64,000 nt of DNA from an uncultured Campylobacter sp. (lineage in GTDB: Bacteria; Campylobacterota; Campylobacteria; Campylobacterales; Campylobacteraceae): assembly GCA_963529615.1 (NCBI GenBank), contig CAUSAC010000005.1, positions 735-64,734 of the forward strand. The letters run 5' to 3'. The notes below the pieces were generated by a model. That model saw only the letters and a program-made list of their open reading frames with translations, had not been told where the DNA came from and did not search any database. The translations under genes and the position numbers were made by a program. This document shows, piece after piece, positions 27,033 to 35,441 of the stretch; position 1 is the first letter of the stretch; every line of letters begins with the position of its first letter.

Positions 27033-28731
27033 CAAGCTTTTCGCTCCGAGCCTAAAAGAGGCCCCCAGAGACGCGGTACTACCTAGCCATGCGCTTTTGA
27101 TCCGCGCGGGATTTATCGAGCAGCTGGGCAGCGGGCTTTATAATTTTTTGCCGCTAGGAAAGATAGTGCTGGAGCGGATCTGCGCCGTCATCAGGCAGGA
27201 GATGGACGCTGCGGGCGCGCAGGAGATCTCTTTTAGCGTCGTGACGTCCGCGGATGCGTGGAAAAAAAGCGGCCGCTACGCCAAATACGGCAAGGAGCTG
27301 CTACGTTTCAAAGATCGCAAGGATAATGACTTCGTGCTAAGCCCTACCAACGAGGAGGCGGCGGTTTTGATGGTAGCGGATAAGATCACGAGCTACAAGC
27401 AGCTGCCGCTAAATATCTATCAGATCAATACGAAATTCCGCGACGAGGCGCGCCCTCGCTTCGGGCTTCTGCGTGGACGCGAGTTTACGATGAAGGACGC
27501 TTATAGCTTCCACGCAGACGCTGCGGATATGAAGCGCGAGTTTGAGGTGATGAGGCAGGCGTACTCGCGGATTTTTACGCGACTTGGATTAAATTTTAGA
27601 GCGGTCGATGCGGACAGCGGCGCGATCGGCGGCAGCGGCAGTAAGGAATTTATGGTGCTAGCGGATAACGGCGAGGATGATATCGTCGTGTGCAAGCGCT
27701 GCGAGTATGCCGCAAACATCGAGGCTGCGCGCCGTGCGCCAAAAACCACGAACGTCGCCGCGCCCGAAACCGACGGCATGATGAAATTTAAAACCCCCGC
27801 GATGAAAACGATCGACGCGGTGGCGGAATTTTTCAAAGTGGATAAATTCTACACCATCAAGGCGGTGATCAAAAAAGCGCTATACGAGGATCGCAGCGAA
27901 ATCGTAGCGTTTTTTATCCGCGGCTGCGATGAGCTGCAAGAGACCAAGGCGCAAAACGCCTGCAGTGCGCTGGAGCTAGTCGATGCTAGCGAGGAGGAGA
28001 TCGCGCGAGCTGGCTTTACGGCGGGCTTTTGCGGACCTTTCGGGCTCAGCGAAGGGGCAAAATTTTATATCGACGCTGAGCTAAAAGGAGCGCGCGAGAT
28101 GATCGCGGGCGCGAACGAGCCCGATTACCACTATGTGGGCGCTAGCGTAATAAATTTTAACGAATCGCGCTTTGCGGATCTTACTGCCGTGGGCGCGGGC
28201 GACGCTTGTCCGTGCTGCGGCGGAGAGCTTGGCATCACAAAAGGCATCGAGGTGGGCCATATCTTTCAGCTCGGCACGCGCTATTCAGAGCCGATGGGGG
28301 CACGATTTTTGGACGCAAACGGCAAGGCGCAGCCTTTTTACATGGGCTGCTACGGCATCGGCGCAAGCCGCCTTATCGCCGTGGCGATCGAAAGCAGCCA
28401 CGATGAGCGAGGCTGCGTGTGGCCGCGCGAACTGGCGCCTTTCGAGCTTGAGATCATCATCTCAAATCACAAAGACGCGGCAGCGGTAGAATTTGCCGAG
28501 AAACTATACGAGCAGTGCTGCGCACTGGGCGTCCGCGTGCTACTCGACGATCGCACAGAGCGCTTCGGCGTGAAAATGAACGACTTCGAGCTGATGGGCT
28601 TTCCGTACGCGGTGCTCGCGGGCAAAGCCCTAGCGGAGGGAAGCGTCGAGTTCATCACCCGTGCAGGCCTAAAGCGGCAGAACGTAAGCGCGGATAAAAT
28701 TTTAAAACTTATCGAGAAGAAATTAGCCTAG
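27022..28731 (+). CDS. proS: Prolyl-tRNA synthetase (bacterial type with editing domain)
   Basis: 569 aa with class II motifs: FRDEARPRFGLLRGREFTMKDAYSF and GCYGIGASRL. Confidence 0.96.
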   Translation: MKFSKLFAPSLKEAPRDAVLPSHALLIRAGFIEQLGSGLYNFLPLGKIVLERICAVIRQEMDAAGAQEISFSVVTSADAWKKSGRYAKYGKELLRFKDRKDNDFVLSPTNEEAAVLMVADKITSYKQLPLNIYQINTKFRDEARPRFGLLRGREFTMKDAYSFHADAADMKREFEVMRQAYSRIFTRLGLNFRAVDADSGAIGGSGSKEFMVLADNGEDDIVVCKRCEYAANIEAARRAPKTTNVAAPETDGMMKFKTPAMKTIDAVAEFFKVDKFYTIKAVIKKALYEDRSEIVAFFIRGCDELQETKAQNACSALELVDASEEEIARAGFTAGFCGPFGLSEGAKFYIDAELKGAREMIAGANEPDYHYVGASVINFNESRFADLTAVGAGDACPCCGGELGITKGIEVGHIFQLGTRYSEPMGARFLDANGKAQPFYMGCYGIGASRLIAVAIESSHDERGCVWPRELAPFELEIIISNHKDAAAVEFAEKLYEQCCALGVRVLLDDRTERFGVKMNDFELMGFPYAVLAGKALAEGSVEFITRAGLKRQNVSADKILKLIEKKLA

Positions 28732-28750
28732 AAAAATTAGTAAGCGCATG

Positions 28751-28779
28751 AAATTTAGCCCTAAATTTGGGCTAAATTT
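28751..28779. terminator. Bidirectional terminator hairpin between convergent proS and the cyclophilin-like gene
   Basis: AAATTTAGCCC-taaattt-GGGCTAAATTT followed by T. The stem is a perfect 11 bp, A-rich on the 5' side and T-rich on the 3' side. Confidence 0.6.
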
Positions 28780-28828
28780 TGCCGACATATTTTGAAATTT
28801 GCGAGCTGATTTTACGGCTACGGCGGAT

Positions 28829-29245
28829 TTATTTTGCTGGCTCTATCCTGATCTCTGCATCTTTTGCAACCGAGCTCACGTCGCCCTCGATCACGCCCAA
28901 GCGTACGATGCCTTCATAGTAGGGCTGATAGCCGTAGTAGATAACGAAGTTATTCCACAGAGCAAAGTATGAGATCTCGCCCTTTTTGCCGTCGCTGCCA
29001 CTCGGAGCGCCTCTTGTATCAAGCGGTTTTGGCAGCTTAGCGACCTTCTCGCGTCCGCCGTAGTCCTCTAAATTTAGCGTTAGCGGTAACTGTGCGGCAA
29101 AGCTTCTTGCCGCTGCCGTATTATCTAGGATAGCCGTCGCTTCGCCGTTAGAGCCCTTTAGGACTATCTTTAAATTTTGCATTTTCTCTCCTGCTGCTAA
29201 ATTTAACCCCGCAAAAAGCATAAAGACGGCTAAAATTTTTCTCAT
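28829..29245 (-). CDS. Secreted cyclophilin-like-fold protein
   Basis: 138 aa with a signal peptide. The pattern LDNTAAARSFAAQLPL...GEISYFALWNNFVIYYG...VRLGVIEG fits the cyclophilin-like superfamily that often accompanies hydrolase or flavodoxin genes. Confidence 0.65.
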   Translation of the reverse strand: MRKILAVFMLFAGLNLAAGEKMQNLKIVLKGSNGEATAILDNTAAARSFAAQLPLTLNLEDYGGREKVAKLPKPLDTRGAPSGSDGKKGEISYFALWNNFVIYYGYQPYYEGIVRLGVIEGDVSSVAKDAEIRIEPAK

Positions 29246-29298
29246 TTTTACCTCCCTTATCTCTCGGATTTACCCCCGCAAGGTGCAGGGGCGGCGGT

Positions 29299-30381
29299 TT
29301 ATTTCAAATTTGCTTTGAAAAATTCCTCAAATTTATCGTATGGGATCTTGTTGTTTTTATTATCATATAGGTCTGTATGCACGGCGCCCGGGACGATAAC
29401 TAGCTCTTTATTTTTGTTGCCAAGAGATTTAAAAGCGTCCTCGCTAAAGTATCTTGAGTGTGCTTTCTCGCCGGCTACAATAAGAGTCGGAGTTCTCATC
29501 TCGCTTGCGTAGGCAAGGATCGGCATATTTATAAACGAGATAGGATTTGTGACGATCCAGCCGCTCTCTCCGCTGTTTGAGTTTACAGAGCGTTTGTGAT
29601 AGCCCCGCGGCGTGCGGTAATAGTCCGCATATTCAGCGATAAACTGCGGCGTGCTTGCATCTATCTTTTTTGGATCAACGTTTATCGCACCAGTATATGT
29701 CGGTTTGCCATTTTTAGCATCGACCCAGCGTTGCTCGGCTAGCTTCTTTTTAGTTTCATATCTCTCATCGGCGCCCACGCTATCGTTGTAGCCTTTTGCC
29801 ATCACTCGCGTCATATCATACATCGTGCTGGTTGCAACCGCCTTTATGCGAGGATCGGCAAGAGCTGCGTTTAGAGCAAAACCGCCCCAGCCGCATATGC
29901 CTAAAATGCCGATCTTATCGCGATCTATATTGCTCTGGGTGCCTAGAAAATCCACCGCGGCACTAAAATCGTCAGTGTTTATCTCCGGGCTTGCTAAATT
30001 TCTTGGCTCGCCGCCGCTCTCTCCGGTGTAGCTCGGATCAAAGGCAAGCGTGATAAAGCCGCGCTCGGCTAAAGTTTGGGCGTAAAGGCCGCTTGATTGC
30101 TCTTTAACCGCGCCAAAAGGTCCGCTAACCGCGATCGCAGCAGCTTTGCCATGCAAATTTTTAGGCGTATAAAGATCGCCGACTAGCTCTACGCCGTAGC
30201 GATTTTTAAATTTAACTTTCTTGTGATCTACTTTATCGCTTTTGGCGAAAACTTTATCCCACTCGCTTACCATTGATACCGCTTCTAGCGGTGATTTTGC
30301 CACGTTCGTACCTGCCATTGCATTACCTCCTAAAATAAAACTTGACGCTACAAGCGTCGCCGCAAATTTCTTAAGATTCAT
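29299..30381 (-). CDS. Secreted alpha/beta hydrolase, dienelactone-hydrolase-like with a Cys in the nucleophile elbow
   Basis: 360 aa with a signal peptide (NAMAG). The nucleophile elbow reads G-I-C-G-W-G, with Cys in place of Ser, as in dienelactone hydrolases. A C-terminal GAVHTDLY may supply the catalytic His. Confidence 0.75.
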   Translation of the reverse strand: MNLKKFAATLVASSFILGGNAMAGTNVAKSPLEAVSMVSEWDKVFAKSDKVDHKKVKFKNRYGVELVGDLYTPKNLHGKAAAIAVSGPFGAVKEQSSGLYAQTLAERGFITLAFDPSYTGESGGEPRNLASPEINTDDFSAAVDFLGTQSNIDRDKIGILGICGWGGFALNAALADPRIKAVATSTMYDMTRVMAKGYNDSVGADERYETKKKLAEQRWVDAKNGKPTYTGAINVDPKKIDASTPQFIAEYADYYRTPRGYHKRSVNSNSGESGWIVTNPISFINMPILAYASEMRTPTLIVAGEKAHSRYFSEDAFKSLGNKNKELVIVPGAVHTDLYDNKNNKIPYDKFEEFFKANLK

Positions 30382-30440
30382 CTCTTCTCCTTTAAATTTT
30401 TTGATATTTTGGCGAGCTTTGGATTTTCCTTGTCCCGCAT

Positions 30441-30504
30441 ACCGTTTTGTTGTGGCGCATTATATTTGTATGTTAAATTTTACGTTACCTAAATCGGTAA
30501 ATTT
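30441..30504 (-). promoter_or_regulatory. Shared promoter/operator element, copy A (upstream of the hydrolase gene)
   Basis: The minus strand reads AAATTTACCGATTTAGGTAACGTAAAATTTAACATACAAATATAATGCGCCACAACAAAACGGT. It is near-identical in layout to copy B and contains a TATAAT. Confidence 0.6.
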
Positions 30505-30739
30505 ACTTTTGCGACTTATCTACGCAAATAGCTTTGGTAAGCTTCGTAGTTAGCGGCGAGATTACAAGTATGCTAGGATACGCCACAGCGAAAGCTTTTG
30601 CGTAACCGGCCATCCAAATGCCAAAAAAACCATCGGCAAACCCCAAATTTACGTATGTAAGTACGCCTGAGATGATAAGCGACATAAAAAGCGCCATAAT
30701 AAACGCGAAAACAAACCTAAAATACCTAATATCTATCAT
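30503..30739 (-). CDS. DUF2798-like small two-TM membrane protein
   Basis: ATG at 30739 behind AAGGAGAAAAA. The 78-aa product, MIDIRYFRFVFAFIMALFMSLIISGVLTYVN..., has two hydrophobic helices. Confidence 0.55.
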   Translation of the reverse strand: MIDIRYFRFVFAFIMALFMSLIISGVLTYVNLGFADGFFGIWMAGYAKAFAVAYPSILVISPLTTKLTKAICVDKSQK

Positions 30740-30827
30740 TTTTTCTCCTTTTTTAAAGTCTAGTTTGAGACGGTTTTTACGCCAACACATTCGGCGACGC
30801 TCTCACAAAACCGTCTAAATTTAGTTT

Positions 30828-31535
30828 TTATTTGCGGGGCTTCATCTTGCTAAAAGAGTAATTGCTTTTTAGCGCAAAACCCTCAAACATAGCAACCATA
30901 TCGTCGCGCGCCTGCACAAACTCCTTAAAATGCGGCGTCTGCCTGTGCGCCTCATACGCGGCCTGGCCAGCGTAAATTTCAAAAAATATCCACTGGTTCG
31001 GCGCATCTTTTAGCGTGAAGGTAAAAAGCGCCAGCACGCCGCTTTCTTTGGCGAGACTTGCTTTCATCTCCTTCATCAAAATTCCTTCAAATTTGGCGTT
31101 GTCTTCAGGTCTAACCGTAATCTTAGCTAGGCGCATATGGGCACTATTTAGCGCAGCCTCGCTAAGCTTCTTCTGTCCTAAAAATTTGGTCTCTACGTCA
31201 AATTTATGCTTACTTGCGAGCAGATTCGCGCTACCGTTTAAAAATCGCTTGAAATGCTCCGAGCTCGCGTGCCGCTCATAGGCCGCCTCGTCTGCGTAAA
31301 TTTCAAGCACGTAGATCTTTTCGGGCTCGCCCTCTGCGCTCGTAAAAAACATCGCCAAGGTGCCGCTTTCAAGCTTTTGCGAGTTTGAAAGATTGTCCAT
31401 ACCTAGAGCCGTGAGCTCATTTAAATGCTCAGGCGTCGTTTCAAGCGCAAACAACCCTACTTTAGGCTCCGCAGCCAGTAAATTTAAAGCAGTCAAGCAC
31501 GGCAAAATAGCTTTTTTAATCATCATTTTCCTCAT
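30828..31535 (-). CDS. Secreted tandem ABM (antibiotic-biosynthesis-monooxygenase/quinol-monooxygenase-like) domain protein
   Basis: 235 aa with a signal peptide. Two ABM-type repeats end in LEIYADEAAYERHASSEHFKRF and FEIYAGQAAYEAHRQTPHFKEF. Confidence 0.7.
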   Translation of the reverse strand: MRKMMIKKAILPCLTALNLLAAEPKVGLFALETTPEHLNELTALGMDNLSNSQKLESGTLAMFFTSAEGEPEKIYVLEIYADEAAYERHASSEHFKRFLNGSANLLASKHKFDVETKFLGQKKLSEAALNSAHMRLAKITVRPEDNAKFEGILMKEMKASLAKESGVLALFTFTLKDAPNQWIFFEIYAGQAAYEAHRQTPHFKEFVQARDDMVAMFEGFALKSNYSFSKMKPRK

Positions 31536-31575
31536 TTATTATCTCATCAAGTTCGTTAAATTTCACCTCGATCTA

Positions 31576-32541
31576 TTACATCGAGCCTTCCCACTCGCCC
31601 TTGACCGTTACGCCTGTTTGCTTGGCGGCGGCTTCCAGTTGCGCTACCTCGTCCGTGCTCAAGCTTATCTCGCTAGCGCGCTCGGCGTCGTCCACTTGCT
31701 CTTTTTTAGTAACGCCGATGATCGGCACCGCGCCCTTTGCGATCGCCCATGCCGTGGCTATTAGCGCTGGCGTCGTGCCGTATTTTTTAGCGAGGCTTCG
31801 TTGCACCTCAAAAAGCGGCTCTAATCTCGCAAGCGTTTGCGGCAGAAAGGCCTCTCCGCGGCGAGTGCCTGCAGGCATCGGGTTATCCTTCGTGTATTTA
31901 CCGCCCAGCGCGCCTTGCTCCAGCACCATGTAGGCAAATACCGCTATGTCCTCGTCTTTGCAATACTTCAAAATCCCGCCATCCTCGATATTCGTGTAAA
32001 GCAGGCTGTAATGATTTTGGATTGCGTCTAGCTTGAACCCTACCTTTTTTAATAGCTCGTTTACGAATTTTATCTGTTCCAAGTTGTGATTTGAAACGCC
32101 TACTTTTCGCACTTTGCCCGATTTTAGCAATGGTACGAACTGCGCGCTCCAGCGCGGCACGTCGTCGGTATTGTGGATCCAGTAAATGTCGATTGCGTTC
32201 TTGTGCAGCGTTTTTAGGCTACCCTCTAAAAACTCCTCCATCGCTTCGTCGCCCCTACCTTGCGCTAAAATCGGCGTAAATTTGGTCGATATTATCGCAT
32301 CTTTGCGCTCTTTTACGAACTCGCCTAAAATTTTTTCGCTGGCGCCGCTTCCGTAAACCGTGGCCGTGTCCCAAAGAGTGAGTCCCTTGCTCATCGCGTA
32401 ATCAAAAACTGGCTTAAGCTCCGCCTCGCTTAGGCGGTTGCCAAACACGCTGTCGCCTCCGGCGATACCGCCAAACCCCCACGACCAAGTGCCAAGTGCG
32501 ACTGCCGGGATTTTAAGCTCTCCTAATGAAATTTGCTTCAT
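31576..32541 (-). CDS. Aldo/keto reductase
   Basis: 321 aa with AKR blocks: LGTWSWG, LWDTATVYG, VGVSNH, and a C-terminal IIGVTKKEQV. Confidence 0.9.
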   Translation of the reverse strand: MKQISLGELKIPAVALGTWSWGFGGIAGGDSVFGNRLSEAELKPVFDYAMSKGLTLWDTATVYGSGASEKILGEFVKERKDAIISTKFTPILAQGRGDEAMEEFLEGSLKTLHKNAIDIYWIHNTDDVPRWSAQFVPLLKSGKVRKVGVSNHNLEQIKFVNELLKKVGFKLDAIQNHYSLLYTNIEDGGILKYCKDEDIAVFAYMVLEQGALGGKYTKDNPMPAGTRRGEAFLPQTLARLEPLFEVQRSLAKKYGTTPALIATAWAIAKGAVPIIGVTKKEQVDDAERASEISLSTDEVAQLEAAAKQTGVTVKGEWEGSM

Positions 32542-32587
32542 GATTTCTCCTTTGATATCGTACGCTGTGATCTAAAATCCTCAGCGA

Positions 32588-32655
32588 CCGCTTTGTTTTA
32601 TGGAGAGCATTATATCTGTATTCTAAATTTTACGTTAGAACGATTCTGTAAATTT
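32588..32655 (-). promoter_or_regulatory. Shared promoter/operator element, copy B (upstream of the AKR-ABM operon, facing the AraC gene)
   Basis: The minus strand reads AAATTTACAGAATCGTTCTAACGTAAAATTTAGAATACAGATATAATGCTCTCCATAAAACAAAGCGGT. Confidence 0.6.
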
Positions 32656-32686
32656 CATGCCTAATCCTGCAAATTTTCTAAAAAGT

Positions 32687-32694
32687 TGTATAAT
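32687..32694 (+). promoter_or_regulatory. Candidate -10 element for the AraC-family regulator
   Basis: TGTATAAT, 30 nt upstream of the ATG at 32724, back to back with element B. Confidence 0.4.
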
Positions 32695-32723
32695 TTTGCA
32701 AAATTTAGTTTGGAGGCGCAAAA

Positions 32724-33629
32724 ATGGCTGATATAAATTTACTAAAAGAGCAGACAAAAGAGTTTTTATTAGACAGATACGGCATAGTGGGATCTACGCA
32801 AAGTGATATCGACTCGCTTGACTTTTATATCAGCGACAAAACGCATGATTTTATCAGCGCGGTTTATGAGCCGTCATTGTGCATAATACTACAAGGGGCA
32901 AAGGCGATCGGCTTTGGCGATGATATGTACGGATATGACGAGCGAACCTATGCGCTGGCTTCTACTCATGTGCCATTAAATGTAAGCCTAAAGGACGCCT
33001 CAAAAGAGAAACCATACATCTCGCTTCGCATTAAATTTAGCCTTGATGAGGTCTATGAAGTGCTAAAAGGCGTGGACATAAAAGAGCAGAGCCTACAAAA
33101 AAGCGAAAAAGGCATATTCTTTGGCGAGCTAACGGATGAGATATTAGAGCCTGCTTTGAGGTTTGTTTGGCTGCTAGAAAAGCCAAAAGAGAAGGTCAAA
33201 TTTCTCTCAGACCTTGCTAAAAAAGAGATACTTTACATGCTCGCAACAAACGACAAAAGCGGCTATTTTTTAAGTAAATTTGCGATGCAAGGCAGCGTTT
33301 CAAATAAAATTTCAAAAGCCGTAGCAAAGATAAAAAACGAGTTTTCGCAAAAACTAAATATGAAAGACGTCGCGTGCGAATGCGATATGAGCGAGTCTTC
33401 GCTATATCATAACTTCAAAATCGTAACCTCGCTAAGCCCCATAGCTTTTCAAAAAAAGATCCGCCTAGAAGAGGCAAAAAATCTGCTCGCAACCAAAAAG
33501 ATCGGCGTTGCGCAGGCCGCCTTTGACGTAGGATACGAGAGCGCGTCGCAGTTTAGCCGCGAATACGCAAGGATGTTTGGCGTACCGCCTAAAATTCACA
33601 GCGAAATTCTACGCTCCGGCGTGGCATGA
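32724..33629 (+). CDS. AraC-family transcriptional regulator (AraC_N-type sensor domain plus double HTH)
   Basis: 301 aa with the C-terminal HTH MSESSLYHNFKIVTSLSPIAFQKKIRLEEAKNLL...GYESASQFSREYARMFGVPP. It is divergent from the AKR gene. Confidence 0.9.
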   Translation: MADINLLKEQTKEFLLDRYGIVGSTQSDIDSLDFYISDKTHDFISAVYEPSLCIILQGAKAIGFGDDMYGYDERTYALASTHVPLNVSLKDASKEKPYISLRIKFSLDEVYEVLKGVDIKEQSLQKSEKGIFFGELTDEILEPALRFVWLLEKPKEKVKFLSDLAKKEILYMLATNDKSGYFLSKFAMQGSVSNKISKAVAKIKNEFSQKLNMKDVACECDMSESSLYHNFKIVTSLSPIAFQKKIRLEEAKNLLATKKIGVAQAAFDVGYESASQFSREYARMFGVPPKIHSEILRSGVA

Positions 33630-33719
33630 GTTTAAATTTAGATCAAATTTAATGGCACAAAGGGCAGGGTAAAATTTCTACTGTCTAGCTTATAAATTTG
33701 CGCTAAAGTCTGCTTAAAT

Positions 33720-34298
33720 TTAGCCGAAAACCCTTTTTAAATGCGCTTCGTAATCTCTCATAAAACGCTCTACATCAGGATTTTTAACGACGTCGTTACA
33801 CATAAAAGTAGGCAGCCTTTTCGTGCCTAAAAACTCATTTGCCTTATGAAAATGCAGATAAACGCCGTCCACGCCCACGCCCTCGAAAAAATCCCCGGGC
33901 TTATCAAACGCTTGAAGCGGTGCATTCCAAGTGACGCTTAGCATGTGTGATTTGCCCTTTATCAGTCCGCCCGTGCCGTAGCCTTCGTTTGGGCTCGCGC
34001 TGTGCCGTCCGTCGTTTGCCACTATCTTGCCTATGCCGCCCATAAACACCTCGTCTACGTATTTTTTGACTAACCAAGGCTCGCCCATCCACCACGCAGG
34101 CATCTGCCAGATCACAGCGTCCATCCATAGAAATTTTTCTACCTCGCCCTCTATATCGTAGCCCTCAAATATCGTAGTTTCGCGCGTTTCGTGCCCTAGG
34201 GCTTGTAGCGTTTTTTTGGCTAACTCGTGCAAAGTTTTGTTTAGCTTGCCGCCTTTGCCGTTAAACGGCACTCCGCCGTTGATAAGTAGTATTTTCAT
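33720..34298 (-). CDS. mdaB: NAD(P)H:quinone oxidoreductase MdaB (flavodoxin-like fold)
   Basis: 192 aa with MKILLINGG...FLWMDAVIWQMPAWWMGEPWLVKKYVDEVF, which is typical of MdaB. Confidence 0.85.
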   Translation of the reverse strand: MKILLINGGVPFNGKGGKLNKTLHELAKKTLQALGHETRETTIFEGYDIEGEVEKFLWMDAVIWQMPAWWMGEPWLVKKYVDEVFMGGIGKIVANDGRHSASPNEGYGTGGLIKGKSHMLSVTWNAPLQAFDKPGDFFEGVGVDGVYLHFHKANEFLGTKRLPTFMCNDVVKNPDVERFMRDYEAHLKRVFG

Positions 34299-34387
34299 TT
34301 TAGTTCCTTTTGATTAAATTTATTCGTTAGCGACTCACCGCGCCTAAGTTCAAATTTCACCTCGCAGCCCTATGCAAAAATATAAGC

Positions 34388-34420
34388 GTAAATTTTACGA
34401 AGCGTTTAATTACTAAATTT
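34388..34420 (-). promoter_or_regulatory. Weaker third copy of the operator core upstream of mdaB
   Basis: The minus strand reads AAATTTAGTAATTAAACGCTTCGTAAAATTTAC. It shares the AAATTTA-spacer-CGTAAAATTTA layout (spacer 12 nt in copy A, 13 nt in copy B, 15 nt here). It sits at a similar distance from the start codon (90-122 nt). Confidence 0.35.
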
Positions 34421-34437
34421 TGCTTTCACGCCGCAGT

Positions 34438-35055
34438 TTACCGCCCCAAAATTTCAAATTTATCGCCGTGCACCGCGATCGCTTCGGCGTTATTTATCGG
34501 CACCAATTTTAACTTGCCGCCGTAAGCTTTTAAAATTTTAGCCGTGCTTTGCACGAAGGGCTCCTCGCCGTAGTGTACTACTGGATAGAATTTAACAAGA
34601 TCTAGCCCCGTTTGCGCCGCGGCCCCGTAGTCGCCCGCATCGTCCATCACGCTCGCGTACTCCACGCTGGGAGCCGCGATCATCGCGCCCGCCGACTCGC
34701 CTACGTACACGAGCTCGCCGCTTCGGACGCGATCTGCGATGAGGCTGGCAAGACCTTTCTTTTTAAGCTCGCGCAAAAGATAAAATGTGTTGCCGCCGCT
34801 TACGTAGAGCACCTGCGCTGCGCCGATCTTTGCCTTCGCTTCGGCCTCGCTCGCTTTGGAAACGTCTAAAATTTGAACCTCAAAGCCCATTTTGGCAAAC
34901 GCCTCTTTCGCCTCATCCACGTAGTCTCGGTACTCCTCTACGTTTGCGGCGGTCGGTATAAAAAGCACCTCCTTAGCGCGGATATTTTGCTCGGCAAAAT
35001 CCTCAAAAAGCGTCGCCGCGCCCGCAAAATAGGAGCATAAAAACATCTCTATCAT
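34438..35055 (-). CDS. Peptidase E-like (S51) / class I glutamine-amidotransferase-like protein
   Basis: 205 aa with S51 blocks: LYVSGGNTFYLLRELKK and YVGESAGAMIAAP. Confidence 0.72.
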   Translation of the reverse strand: MIEMFLCSYFAGAATLFEDFAEQNIRAKEVLFIPTAANVEEYRDYVDEAKEAFAKMGFEVQILDVSKASEAEAKAKIGAAQVLYVSGGNTFYLLRELKKKGLASLIADRVRSGELVYVGESAGAMIAAPSVEYASVMDDAGDYGAAAQTGLDLVKFYPVVHYGEEPFVQSTAKILKAYGGKLKLVPINNAEAIAVHGDKFEILGR

Positions 35056-35441
35056 CGTTTTTCCTTTAATTAAATTTTCACTGATTTAAAGCGCTCGTAA
35101 AGCTTGGCCGAAATGACTGCGAGCAAACGTATTTCAAAACGAGTAGATCAAATTCTACCGCGCCCACAAAGCAAGCGCACGATGAAAAATAGCGCGGACG
35201 GAATTTCACCGATAAAAGGGCAAAATTTACCGCCGCAGCGATTACAAAATACGCCAAAACCCAAACGGCAACACAAACCACTCCACAATCACCAACTGCC
35301 TGGCGATTTCAAACTTCACTGAAACGACGCGAGCCTATCAAATCGAGCTGGCTAGAGGAGTCGATCAGAGCGAACGATCAAAACGATCAAATTAAGCCGA
35401 TCGATCTAACCGATCACGGCAAGTCAGCCAAGGCAAAACGG

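Noticed and set aside
35078-35281. A 67-aa hydrophobic ORF in the pepE-lpxD gap
   Set aside because: It has no RBS and overlaps an equally long ORF on the other strand. The region has repeated CGATC words typical of non-coding DNA here.
28829-35441. The accessory island as a mobile element or prophage
   Set aside because: It has no integrase, transposase, flanking direct repeats or tRNA. The composition difference is only a visual impression. I report it as an accessory island rather than a mobile element.
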